A stretch of 64,000 nt of DNA from a bacterium (GTDB lineage Bacteria > Bacillota > Clostridia > Oscillospirales > Oscillospiraceae). The position numbers were made by a program, and so were the translations under genes. Below, piece by piece: positions 29,230-37,676 of the stretch. The stretch is taken from positions 7,422 through 71,421 of the forward strand of contig JAHYYS010000001.1 in assembly GCA_019424865.1 (NCBI GenBank), read 5' to 3'. The notes under the pieces were generated by a model that worked only from the letters and a program-made list of their open reading frames with translations, searched no databases and was not told the DNA's origin. The first letter of the stretch is position 1. Each line of letters opens with the position of its first letter.

Positions 29230-30534
29230 ATGAAAACGACTGTAAATCATACAGGGGAATCGAAGGGGAAGAGAGAAGTTCACATGTCGCTGTATCGGGC
29301 GTCCCTTGCGCTGCGGAAGCACATGCTGCGGTATCGCCATACACCGGACCCCGGGCAGAAAACCACGGAAGAGGAACTGACGAGAATGTTTCTGCGGGAG
29401 CTGGCCGCAAACCGCCGCATGCTGAGCTACTCCTTCAGCCGCAAAGAGGAGGCAAAAAACGGAGCGGACTGGATCTGGATTTTTCTGACGGAATTCGGAA
29501 TGTTTCGCTTTCTGGTTCAGGCGAAATACCTGCGGAAGGGGAAAACGCAGATCGAGCGTGCCCAGGTGCGCTTCAAAAGCCATTCCGGTGCTTTTCAGGC
29601 ACAAAGCCTGCTGTCCTGCGCCAAAAAAATCCGGGCGACCGCCATCTATGTGATTTATACGGAGGAGAAATCCACATTTTTTTGCCGGGACAGAGAGCTG
29701 GACACAGAGGAAGGGGTGTTTTTTGATTCTGCGGCGAACCTGGCTCGGGCCGCTTTCTCCGGCCATGGAAGCAAAATACCCCAGACCCGGCATATGCCCA
29801 TCTCCTGCCTGACCGCCTGCTATGCCAAGCACTGCCGGTATAGACAGAAGAACGGGAAAGGTATGTGTATGATCTGCCGTCACGACGGATGCCGGTATCT
29901 GAGACGGTGCAGGGGGAAGCAAGGAGAAAAGCGGAGGGAGAGAGCTTCCTGCAGAATGCCGTTTCAGCATCTGATACACGGCCTGTTTGGAGACACCTGC
30001 ACGGCGCTGAACCTGACGGACGACGCCCTGGCGGTGATGTTTGCCCCGTCAGTCCTGGCGCAGCGGGCGGAGCTGGAACAGCAGTGTCTGAGCAGGCTGG
30101 CGGAGGATGCGCGGAATTTTGTGGATCGGGTTTTGATTACGGATTATGTGAACCGGCATGGGAGCAGCTATCTCAGCGCCCTCCTTGGCCGTGGGTTTGA
30201 GGCGGAGACCCAGACCGTCCGGACCCGGGAGGAGATCACCGCCGCCGTCCGGGAGGCCTGGCAGGACTGCCCTTTTCTGCTGCGGGTAGGCCTGTTCGGT
30301 TCCTATGCCAGAGGAGAGGCTGGGCCGGCCAGCGATGTGGATCTGGCGCTGATCTATGACAGCGGGAAAATCTGCGGCCAGGAGGACCTGCAGGCGCTGG
30401 CGGCCTTTTTTCGCAAAGTGTGCCTGGGGCTGAAGAAAAATGTGGACTTTGTAGACTATGCCGCACAGACACGGACAGATCCGGAGTTTGTGGAGTGTAT
30501 TGGCCGGGACATGATCTGGCTGGCCCGGGAATAG
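29230..30534 (+). CDS. PD-(D/E)XK-type nuclease (DUF6615-like) + Cys-rich linker + C-terminal minimal nucleotidyltransferase
   Basis: EEAKNGADWIW...FLVQAK; CYAKHC..CMICRHDGC; LFGSYARGEA...SDVDL...VDFV; alternative ATG at 29284. Confidence 0.7.
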   Translation: MKTTVNHTGESKGKREVHMSLYRASLALRKHMLRYRHTPDPGQKTTEEELTRMFLRELAANRRMLSYSFSRKEEAKNGADWIWIFLTEFGMFRFLVQAKYLRKGKTQIERAQVRFKSHSGAFQAQSLLSCAKKIRATAIYVIYTEEKSTFFCRDRELDTEEGVFFDSAANLARAAFSGHGSKIPQTRHMPISCLTACYAKHCRYRQKNGKGMCMICRHDGCRYLRRCRGKQGEKRRERASCRMPFQHLIHGLFGDTCTALNLTDDALAVMFAPSVLAQRAELEQQCLSRLAEDARNFVDRVLITDYVNRHGSSYLSALLGRGFEAETQTVRTREEITAAVREAWQDCPFLLRVGLFGSYARGEAGPASDVDLALIYDSGKICGQEDLQALAAFFRKVCLGLKKNVDFVDYAAQTRTDPEFVECIGRDMIWLARE

Positions 30535-30549
30535 AAAAGGAGGGGTTCT

Positions 30550-31239
30550 GTGATTGAATTTTCGACGGAGGAGAAGTGCCGGGCCTTTGACGAACTGGCC
30601 GGACGGTTTTTTAATCGGAATTTTTCTCTGGCCTCCAAGGGAGAAATTGAGCTGATCATGTTCCATCACTACATGAAAAAGAAAAAGAGTGAACATACCG
30701 GGCAGGACGGGAGGGTGGAGTATGCCGCCATTTCGGACTATTCCATCAGTAAGGAACTGGGTATTTCTCAGCAGCGGGTGCGGAACCTGCGGGTAAAGGA
30801 GCAGCTGTTTTATCCGGAGAATCTGAATGCGGAGGAAGAATTTGCCGGCCTGCTCAAACATGCGCGCTATGACAAGGCTGCAGGGAAAATTATGGTCAGC
30901 ATCCCCGACCCGAATATTTATATTGAAGTGCAGAATCTGATTGAGGAAAAGGGCGGATTTATCGAGCGGCAGTTAAATTCCAGACTTCTGATTATGCGGG
31001 TGGAGTATTTCCTGGAGCTGGTGTCCGCACTGGAAAGCGAAGAGAACCAGAAACAGATTCGCAGGATTATTAAAAATGCGGGCAAAAAGGACGGCGCCTT
31101 TGAAAATGTGAACATTGGAAAGCTGATGCTCACGCTGGGAGTGGACATTTCCACGATTGCGGCCAACCTTTCCGCCATTATTTCGCCGCAGAACGCTTTG
31201 GGAATGGCCTTGTTGAATTTGATTTCCTCCAAGGGGTAA
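30550..31239 (+). CDS. Hypothetical protein with an HTH-like segment
   Basis: RBS aggagg before GTG; SDYSISKELGISQQRVRNL; AT-richer than the flanks. Confidence 0.75.
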   Translation: MIEFSTEEKCRAFDELAGRFFNRNFSLASKGEIELIMFHHYMKKKKSEHTGQDGRVEYAAISDYSISKELGISQQRVRNLRVKEQLFYPENLNAEEEFAGLLKHARYDKAAGKIMVSIPDPNIYIEVQNLIEEKGGFIERQLNSRLLIMRVEYFLELVSALESEENQKQIRRIIKNAGKKDGAFENVNIGKLMLTLGVDISTIAANLSAIISPQNALGMALLNLISSKG

Positions 31240-31286
31240 ACGGGAGAACGCCGCCGGCCCTCTGTAACATCACAAATTAAAGAAGT

Positions 31287-31316
31287 AAACGGCCGCCAAA
31301 GGCGGCCGTTTCTTTT
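31287..31316. terminator. Terminator hairpin
   Basis: aaacggccgcc-aaa-ggcggccgtttctttt. Confidence 0.75.
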
Positions 31317-31335
31317 GTGAACGGGCATTGGGAAC

Positions 31336-31812
31336 TTATCCGGGCCGGCGCAGCTTGGCCTTTCCGGTGACCTCCTCCATGGAGATGCGCCAGACGGAGG
31401 TGACCTTCAGGCTTTTGGAGACGGCGGCGTCAAAGCCGTCCATGCGGTCCGGGGTCAGCTTCCGGCACAGGGCCCGCAGGGCGGCAATTTTCTCCGCCTC
31501 GCCGGTCACCTCCTGTGCGGTGCCGGTGACAATGGCGGACTGAAAGTAGGTGGAGTACATGGCTGGCTCCAAAAAGACGGGGGTGTCCTCCCCCACAAAG
31601 GTGACGCACACCCGGGGATTGCGCCGCAGCAGGTCAAGTTTCCGGCCCGCGCGGGCGCAGTGGAAGTAGAGGGCGTCCTCCACCCGCACCAGGGACAGGG
31701 GCAGGCAATAGGGGGTGTCCTCGCCGGAGGAGATAGCCACAACGCCATGGCTGCAGCGGTCAATCAGGTCCAGGGCAAAAGCCCGATCCTGCTGCCGGTC
31801 GGCGCGTCTCAT
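31336..31812 (-). CDS. PNPOx / NimA-like flavin-binding protein
   Basis: MRRADRQ, PYCLPLS, LYFHCARAGRKLD, NPRVC. Confidence 0.85.
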   Translation of the reverse strand: MRRADRQQDRAFALDLIDRCSHGVVAISSGEDTPYCLPLSLVRVEDALYFHCARAGRKLDLLRRNPRVCVTFVGEDTPVFLEPAMYSTYFQSAIVTGTAQEVTGEAEKIAALRALCRKLTPDRMDGFDAAVSKSLKVTSVWRISMEEVTGKAKLRRPG

Positions 31813-32345
31813 AGGGATTCCTCCTGTTCTTTGGAAAGAATTTGAATGATTTGGTGGTAACAGGCGGCGGGATCCTCCCGGAAGCGCCGGCTCATGGCCG
31901 CCGCCCGCTCCTGATTGGGGACCAGCAGGCTCAGACGGAGCAGGGGGCTGGTCGCATCGTTGAATTCCAGATGGAGGGTACAGGTGCCGTCGCCGTTGTC
32001 CTGGGTGTGGGTCTGAATCTGGGCGTCCCGCCGCAGGGCGTCGTTGACCCGGGCCAGATTTTCGTCGCAGTGCATCCGCACGGAGTAGGGCAGGCTGCTC
32101 TGACAGATTTCACTGTTGCGCCGCCCCTTTTCCGTAATGGTGTAGCGCTCCCCCTCCTTGGACAGCTGGCCGGTTTCAACCATGTGATCCACCGCCTGGG
32201 ACAGGGAGAAATAGTCCACACCGGCGTCGCACAGGGCCAGATCCAGCAGCTGGAGGAAGGTGATGGGCCCTGCGGTGCGGGCCATAATATAGAGGATTAA
32301 AAGCTTCAGGTCCAATTCACTTTGAATAAAACCGACGGGCGGCAT
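31809..32345 (-). CDS. DUF4364 family protein
   Basis: KLLILYIM, VDYFSLSQ, YTITEKG, LPYSVR; RBS aaagga before ATG 32345. Confidence 0.8.
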   Translation of the reverse strand: MPPVGFIQSELDLKLLILYIMARTAGPITFLQLLDLALCDAGVDYFSLSQAVDHMVETGQLSKEGERYTITEKGRRNSEICQSSLPYSVRMHCDENLARVNDALRRDAQIQTHTQDNGDGTCTLHLEFNDATSPLLRLSLLVPNQERAAAMSRRFREDPAACYHQIIQILSKEQEESL

Positions 32346-32458
32346 GGGGACACATCCTTTCTGATTCCAGAGACACAGCGGGGGTTGAGGACTCTGCCCC
32401 CCTATTATAGCCGGAAAGGGAAAAAAGAGCAAGCCCGTCCGGGGAAGAGAAGGTGGGC

Positions 32459-32486
32459 GCACCAAACGACGGGCGTCTCATAAGAT
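32459..32486 (+). promoter_or_regulatory. Sigma-K-type promoter of the interrupted gene
   Basis: gcAC(32461)-16 bp-CATAAGAT(32479-32486) matches AC-16/17-CATAnnnT. Confidence 0.6.
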
Positions 32487-32561
32487 GGAGTGTAAGCCAA
32501 ACCCAAGCGGGCAGGCATTCCCGCCCGCGTTATCACCACCCAAATCTAGGAGGGAACTCAT

Positions 32562-32659
32562 ATGCCTGAAAAGGTCGTGCCCGGCCCCATCTGCGAAGAG
32601 CGCAGTATCCGGGAGGCCGTGTGCATACACACGAAAAAGATTTTTGACTCCTGCAAGGA
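32562..32659 (+). CDS. 5' part (32 codons + 2 nt) of a split Cys-rich, probably spore-associated gene
   Basis: RBS aggagg; MPEKVVPGPICEERSIREAVCIHTKKIFDSCK then loss of coding character at attL; joins 41729 in frame. Confidence 0.8.
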
Positions 32660-32685
32660 GAAGGACCTTGCGGCTTTGATACCCG
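32633..32685. other. attL
   Basis: ...gactcctgcaag-GA-gaaggaccttgcggctttgatacccg. Confidence 0.75.
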
Positions 32686-32729
32686 GGGAGCCGACCGAAA
32701 AAGCGCCCATAAGCGAGTGCCAGACAAAA

Positions 32730-32771
32730 AAGGCGCTGATTCCGGCGGCTATGCGTCGGAATCGGCGCCTT
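32730..32771. terminator. Hairpin between attL and the recombinase 3' end
   Basis: aaggcgctgattccggcg...cgtcggaatcggcgcctt, with an A-tract upstream (U-tract on the minus strand). Confidence 0.6.
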
Positions 32772-32803
32772 CTGCTTGCCTTTTTGGCAAGCGGCCTCCG
32801 GGC

Positions 32804-34324
32804 CTACAGGGCCCGGAGGACAAAGGAGAGCTGAAAGTCGGCGGGTTTGGTTTTCTTTTCCTTGCGGTACCAGACAGCTTCCAGGACGGATTTGAACAGG
32901 GCGTTTTTTCCCGCCGGGTCAGAGGCCTCGTAGACATCCAGAACAGTGCGGATTCGAACGGCCAGCCGGGCGGGGTCGGGGCGCTGAGAGGCCTGGATGG
33001 CACGCAGCAGTTCGGCCTCCTTCCGCTCCAGAGCCGTCCGCTTCTCCTGAAGAGCTTCCATCCGCGCCTGGAACAGGGGGAGGTCGTATGCCCCGATCTC
33101 CAGCAGCTCGTACAGGCGGTCCCTCTGGCGGTCCGCGCCGGCCAGCTCGCGCCTCACGGCGGCCAGCGCGGTCTCCGGCAGGCTGACGTCCCGGCCCGGG
33201 ATATGCTGGGGCTGCTGCACGGTCAGCCGGGTCAGGGTATCGGACAAAAAGTCCAGAATCTGCGCCTCCACCAGCTGAAAGCGGGCGGAGGCGCAGCAGC
33301 TGGGCCGGGTACAGACCAGATAGGGGATTCCCTTCAGCATCACGCGCTGCATGTTCTGCCCGCAGTTGGCGCACCTGACCACCCCGGCCAGCGGGCTGCG
33401 CACGGTGCCGTCGTTTCGGGGCGGGCGGTACCGCCCGTCCATAATGGCCTGCACCTGATCAAAGAGCGCCCGGTCCACAATGGCGGGGTGGAGGCCGTCG
33501 GTGATGATCCACTGGTCCCGGGGCTGATAAACGGTGACGTGCCTGGGGCTGCCCTGGGTGCCCTGGCGCACATGCTTTCTTTGATTCCAGACAATTTTCC
33601 CAATATAGGTGGGGCTGCGCAGAATTTTGGCCACGCTGTTCCGGGAGAACGACTCGGAGCGGTGGGGGCGGGCGCCCAGGGCGTTGACATGGCGGGCCAC
33701 CCAGGTGCAGCCATAGCCCTGGGCATAGAGCTGGAACATCATACGGACAAATTGGGCCTCGGGCTCGCAGATCTCCAGCGTGGGCCTGCGGTCCACCACG
33801 GTTTTCCGGTAGCCGTAGGGGGCGTTGGCCACATAGCAGCCCTCCTGAATGGACATCTGGAGCCCCCGGCGCAGACGCTTGGTAATAATCTTGTATTCCC
33901 GGCGGGAGAGGAAGGTCTTCAGCTCCGCATACTCCTCGTCGATCTCATCGGACAGGTTGTAGATCTTCTCCGGGGTGATGATCAGGGTGTTGGAGTCCCG
34001 GAAGGCGTCCAGGATGATGCCCTGGTCCTTCATCCGCCCGCGGGAGAGCCGGTCCAGGTCCATGCACAGCACGGCGTCGTAGCATCCCTCCTCCACATCC
34101 TGGAGCAGGCGGAGCATCTGGGGCCGGGCATAGAGAGATTCGCCGCTGACCACCTCGGGGTATTCCCGGACAATGCGGATGCCGCGGGCGGCGGCAAAGT
34201 CCCGCAGAGTCTTCTGGTGCTTGGAGAGCACCTCGTCGGTGGCCAGGCCCTCCTCCATCCGGGACTTGCGGAGGTAGACAGCCGCCTTCAGCGTGGAGAG
34301 GTCGGTTGTGTTTTTGTGGTCCAT
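32804..34324 (-). CDS. Large serine recombinase (SpoIVCA/CisA-like integrase)
   Basis: YLRKS catalytic Ser, EVVSG..RPQM, DLDRLSR, APYGY, YIG, HPAIV, Zn ribbon CANCG...C...C, coiled coil. Confidence 0.95.
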   Translation of the reverse strand: MDHKNTTDLSTLKAAVYLRKSRMEEGLATDEVLSKHQKTLRDFAAARGIRIVREYPEVVSGESLYARPQMLRLLQDVEEGCYDAVLCMDLDRLSRGRMKDQGIILDAFRDSNTLIITPEKIYNLSDEIDEEYAELKTFLSRREYKIITKRLRRGLQMSIQEGCYVANAPYGYRKTVVDRRPTLEICEPEAQFVRMMFQLYAQGYGCTWVARHVNALGARPHRSESFSRNSVAKILRSPTYIGKIVWNQRKHVRQGTQGSPRHVTVYQPRDQWIITDGLHPAIVDRALFDQVQAIMDGRYRPPRNDGTVRSPLAGVVRCANCGQNMQRVMLKGIPYLVCTRPSCCASARFQLVEAQILDFLSDTLTRLTVQQPQHIPGRDVSLPETALAAVRRELAGADRQRDRLYELLEIGAYDLPLFQARMEALQEKRTALERKEAELLRAIQASQRPDPARLAVRIRTVLDVYEASDPAGKNALFKSVLEAVWYRKEKKTKPADFQLSFVLRAL

Positions 34325-34390
34325 GTCAGCTACCTCCCGCAGCAGGTTGGAGCGGCGGGGCCTTCTGTCTGCCGCGCCGCCCGGTACACA

Positions 34391-34419
34391 GTTTTATGAG
34401 GTGGGCTGGAAAATTATTT
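34391..34419 (-). promoter_or_regulatory. Sigma-E-type promoter of the recombinase
   Basis: AAATAAT-14 bp-CATAAAAC versus consensus ZHATAXX-14-CATACAHT. Confidence 0.5.
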
Positions 34420-34516
34420 CTGATCCCGCCAGAGCCCTGGGAATCCAGGCGGGCCGCCCGAAACCGCCTCATAGGGGACAGGCCCCGGGGAATACACTGA
34501 TGAGGGAGGCGGTAGC

Positions 34517-34861
34517 GTGGGACGGGTGGAAAAATTTGAGCATCAGAATATGGCCTGCTGGCGGGCGGAGCTGGCGGAGGATCCGGTGGAGCTTACGGAG
34601 GAGCGCAGGCCCGCGCCGTACGGCGGCGGGGAGTATACCCGGGTGCTCAGGCGGTGGCGGGGGCGGCACCGCCTGAGCCTGGGCGGCGCGGAATACGACG
34701 TGGACGAGTCGCTGCTGACCGACTGCGGCCCCGGGCTGGGGATTTCCGTGGCCTATACCCCGCACCGGGCGGAGCCCTTCCCGGAGGAGATGCGGCAGGC
34801 GGGGCGCCAGCGGGTGGCGGAGGAGGCGGCGCAGCGGATGGTTCAGATGGGAATCTGGTAG
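34517..34861 (+). CDS. Hypothetical protein (candidate recombination directionality factor)
   Basis: RBS gggagg before GTG; divergent from the recombinase; GC3-rich codons. Confidence 0.6.
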   Translation: MGRVEKFEHQNMACWRAELAEDPVELTEERRPAPYGGGEYTRVLRRWRGRHRLSLGGAEYDVDESLLTDCGPGLGISVAYTPHRAEPFPEEMRQAGRQRVAEEAAQRMVQMGIW

Positions 34862-34895
34862 GCGGGGCCCGTGAGACGGGGAGGAGGGGCTTGTG

Positions 34896-35096
34896 ATGAA
34901 CAAAAAAGCGCCTGCGGCAGGCCGCAGGCAGGTGACGGATGCGCTGGAGAACCGGTTTGGACCCGCAGAGCTGTGGCAGGTGGAGCAGCTGAGCCGGCAT
35001 ATTTTCCGGGCGTGGCTGCGCAGCGGCCGGGTGGCTGTGGCGTTTATCCAGACCGATGGCTCTCTGGAGATTCGGGAGCTGGAGGAGGACGTGTGA
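34896..35096 (+). CDS. Small hypothetical protein (candidate recombination directionality factor)
   Basis: RBS ggagg; 66 aa; follows the 34517 ORF. Confidence 0.55.
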   Translation: MNKKAPAAGRRQVTDALENRFGPAELWQVEQLSRHIFRAWLRSGRVAVAFIQTDGSLEIRELEEDV

Positions 35097-35136
35097 AGCA
35101 GAGCACAGATGTCCCGGCGGCCGGGGCATGCCGGGT

Positions 35137-35598
35137 CTAAAGGGCCCGGATCACGCCGCAGGCAATCCGGGGACCGGCGTGGCCGGCGGGCTGGGAGGCA
35201 AAATCGTCCGGCTCTCCGTGGATGACCACGGTGCGTCCGATGATCTCAGGGATGGAGAACCGGTCTGTCAGGACGCTCATGCGGGCCTCGCCGCGGCACC
35301 CAAAGAGGGGCGGCAGATCCCCCGCGTGATAGGGGGGGCAGTCGGCCGGATTCAGATGTCCGCCGGCGTCGTGAAAATCCGGAGGGGTGCAGGAGGAACC
35401 GTCGTGGATATGAAACCCGAAGATCCGGGCGGAGCAGGGGGCGTCCTCATAGGGGAGCCCGTGGATCTGTGCGGTGACCAGGGTGCCCAGCTCGTGGGGG
35501 AAGAACGCGACAAGCCCGGAGACAGGGGAGTCCGGCCCGCCGGAGACATGGGCGAGGGCGGCGGGTTCGCCCGGAGGAGACAGCGTCAATGGGATCAC
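35137..35598 (-). CDS. Cu/Zn superoxide dismutase family protein (start may be TTG 35589)
   Basis: GFHIH, GGHLNP, HAGDLPPL, TVVIH..PDDF, GPRIACGVI. Confidence 0.88.
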   Translation of the reverse strand: MIPLTLSPPGEPAALAHVSGGPDSPVSGLVAFFPHELGTLVTAQIHGLPYEDAPCSARIFGFHIHDGSSCTPPDFHDAGGHLNPADCPPYHAGDLPPLFGCRGEARMSVLTDRFSIPEIIGRTVVIHGEPDDFASQPAGHAGPRIACGVIRAL

Positions 35599-35665
35599 CT
35601 CTTGTAATGATTTGGTCCGGACGGGAGGGGGTAAGTAGGGCCCGCCGGGGGCGGGCCCGCAGAAG

Positions 35666-35896
35666 TCAGCAGCAGCCTGCGCGGGAAATGCAGATGGCGC
35701 TGATTTGCGGCGGAAGGCTCATGGTCATGGCGCCGCTGAATTCGATTTGAACCAGGTCTCCGCAGGAGAAGCAGCAGGCCTGATCGGTGTGAACCAGAAT
35801 CTCCTGCCGGGTGTCACAGTCACAGACCCGCAGACAGGCGCCCTGCCGCCCCATGACCCGGGCGCAGAGTGTGGTGTTCATGGCTGAATGTTCCAA
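35666..35896 (-). CDS. Small Cys-rich hypothetical protein (OB-fold/YobA-like)
   Basis: TTG after ggaggg; LVHTDQACCFSCGDLVQIEFSGAMTMSLPPQISA. Confidence 0.7.
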   Translation of the reverse strand: MEHSAMNTTLCARVMGRQGACLRVCDCDTRQEILVHTDQACCFSCGDLVQIEFSGAMTMSLPPQISAICISRAGCC

Positions 35897-35920
35897 AGGG
35901 TATCCCTCCAATCCAATGGC

Positions 35921-35949
35921 ATTGTATGCCGCGGCGCGGCGGCTGGTGC
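35921..35949 (-). promoter_or_regulatory. Sigma-K-type promoter
   Basis: gcAC-17 bp-CATACAAT. Confidence 0.6.
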
Positions 35950-35982
35950 AGGGGGGATGGGATAGGAAGCGCGGTGCGTCAG

Positions 35983-36019
35983 AAGGGGCCGGTTCAGCTT
36001 CGTGCTGAACCGGCCCCTT
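35983..36019. terminator. Terminator hairpin after the symporter gene
   Basis: aaggggccggttcagc-ttcgt-gctgaaccggcccctt. Confidence 0.7.
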
Positions 36020-36037
36020 GAATAATGCACAGTGGGA

Positions 36038-37474
36038 TTATGACTGCATTCGCTTGCTCTCTTCGATAATGCGAAGCTGGGATCCCTTGGGGGGCGGTGT
36101 CACCAGGCTGACCACGAAGAAGACCGCCAGACCCACCAGGGTGGCGAGCAGGTTGGAGGGCATCCCCAGAAGCCCCTGTACCTGTCCCGAGAGGAAGTAT
36201 TCGGAATAAAGGCCCACTACTATGGAGGAGATAATGGCGGCCAAGGCTGCCTGGGCCGTCCCGCGCTTCCAGTAGAGAGCCATGACCATGGGAATAAATA
36301 CCGCTGTGCCGTAAAACAGTCCGCCCACATACATCATCTGTACGATACTGTCGGAGACGAGGGACACACCGATGCCCAGCACACAGATGAGGAGGGTTAC
36401 AATACGGGAGGTGCTCAGCACCTTCTTGTCGTCAGTGACCTTCCCCTTACAGATATAGGGCTCGTAAATGTCATTGATAAACAGCTGGGAGGCAGCCATG
36501 ATTTTGGAGTCGGCCGTGGACATGGCGGCAGCGAACAACCCACCCAGCGCGATGCCGGAGATTCCGGGAGGCAGGATGTCCTTGACGATCAGAGCATATG
36601 CATTGCTGGGGTTATCCAGATTGGGGTATAGGGCATAGGCGATCACGCCGATGAAAGCAACGGCCAAGCCGAATATAACATATACAGCGCTGGAGAAACC
36701 AAAGGCAAAGCGGGCGGTGCTGGAGTCCTTGGCGGCGAATACCCGCTGAAGGATATGCTGGTTTGTGGCATAATCAAACATATACAGCAGGCCCAGTGAC
36801 ATAGGGGCCAGGAAACCTTGAGAGAAGATATCAAAGTAGCCGGCGGGAACCTTCTGAATCAGCTCGTCCATGCCGCCTGCCGCACTGAGCGAGCAGGGAA
36901 TAATAAGGACGATGGCAAGGCAGATGACGACAAACTGGAATACATCGGTGTTGACCACAGCCAGAAGTCCGCCGCCGATGGTGTAGGCAACTACCACTAC
37001 CACAGTCACAACCAGACACAGAGTATAGTCCAGTCCGCTGATAGTGGAGACAGCGGAGGCAGCTACGGTGAACTGAATGCCCAAAGTGGCCCCGATGGCC
37101 AGAATGTGCGCAATGACGGCGATGAGGCGGGCGGCGCTGTTATAGCGTGCGCCCAGCAGTTCGGGAACCGAGGAGACAGAACTGTTACGTAAACGCTTCG
37201 CTAGGAAAATAGCCAGCAAAAACATGGGCACGACTGCGCCCCAGTTGTACCAAGCTCCGCCCAGGCCGCAGCCATAGGCATAAGCTACTGCCCCTACCAC
37301 GGCATTGCCGCCGATATCGGTAGCCGCCATGCTGAAGCCCGCCTGAATCTTGCCTAGAGAGCGATTTGCCATCAGAAAATCTTCCGTGGTTTTAGTCTGC
37401 TTGGTAGCCCTCCAGCCGATGTAAAGAACAGCGAGAAAAACGAATGCGATCCCTAAAATATCCAATATACTCAT
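36038..37474 (-). CDS. Sodium:solute symporter family protein
   Basis: EDFLMANRSL, YTIGGGLLAVVNTDVFQ, LQRVFAAKD, AAAMSTADS; RBS aggagg. Confidence 0.92.
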   Translation of the reverse strand: MSILDILGIAFVFLAVLYIGWRATKQTKTTEDFLMANRSLGKIQAGFSMAATDIGGNAVVGAVAYAYGCGLGGAWYNWGAVVPMFLLAIFLAKRLRNSSVSSVPELLGARYNSAARLIAVIAHILAIGATLGIQFTVAASAVSTISGLDYTLCLVVTVVVVVAYTIGGGLLAVVNTDVFQFVVICLAIVLIIPCSLSAAGGMDELIQKVPAGYFDIFSQGFLAPMSLGLLYMFDYATNQHILQRVFAAKDSSTARFAFGFSSAVYVIFGLAVAFIGVIAYALYPNLDNPSNAYALIVKDILPPGISGIALGGLFAAAMSTADSKIMAASQLFINDIYEPYICKGKVTDDKKVLSTSRIVTLLICVLGIGVSLVSDSIVQMMYVGGLFYGTAVFIPMVMALYWKRGTAQAALAAIISSIVVGLYSEYFLSGQVQGLLGMPSNLLATLVGLAVFFVVSLVTPPPKGSQLRIIEESKRMQS

Positions 37475-37676
37475 AACGTACCTCCTAAATCGTTTCAATC
37501 ATATTTGGAAGTCAAATAGTCGGATCGGCGTATTTCCTTGTTTCGCTCATTTAAAATTTTATGTTCGGGATAAAACAACTTCTTTTTTCAGTCTAGTCAG
37601 AGAAGCAGGGGAGAAAGGGGGCTGCCTGCCAACTTCCAACGCGTTTGAATTGAGAGGCCTGCGCCGGATGTAGGTT

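Noticed and set aside
32562..32834. 90-aa ORF as a complete gene, and 41718-42473 as an independent gene
   Set aside because: The first runs through attL and a hairpin into non-coding-like sequence, and the second has no RBS. Both are better explained as halves of one gene.
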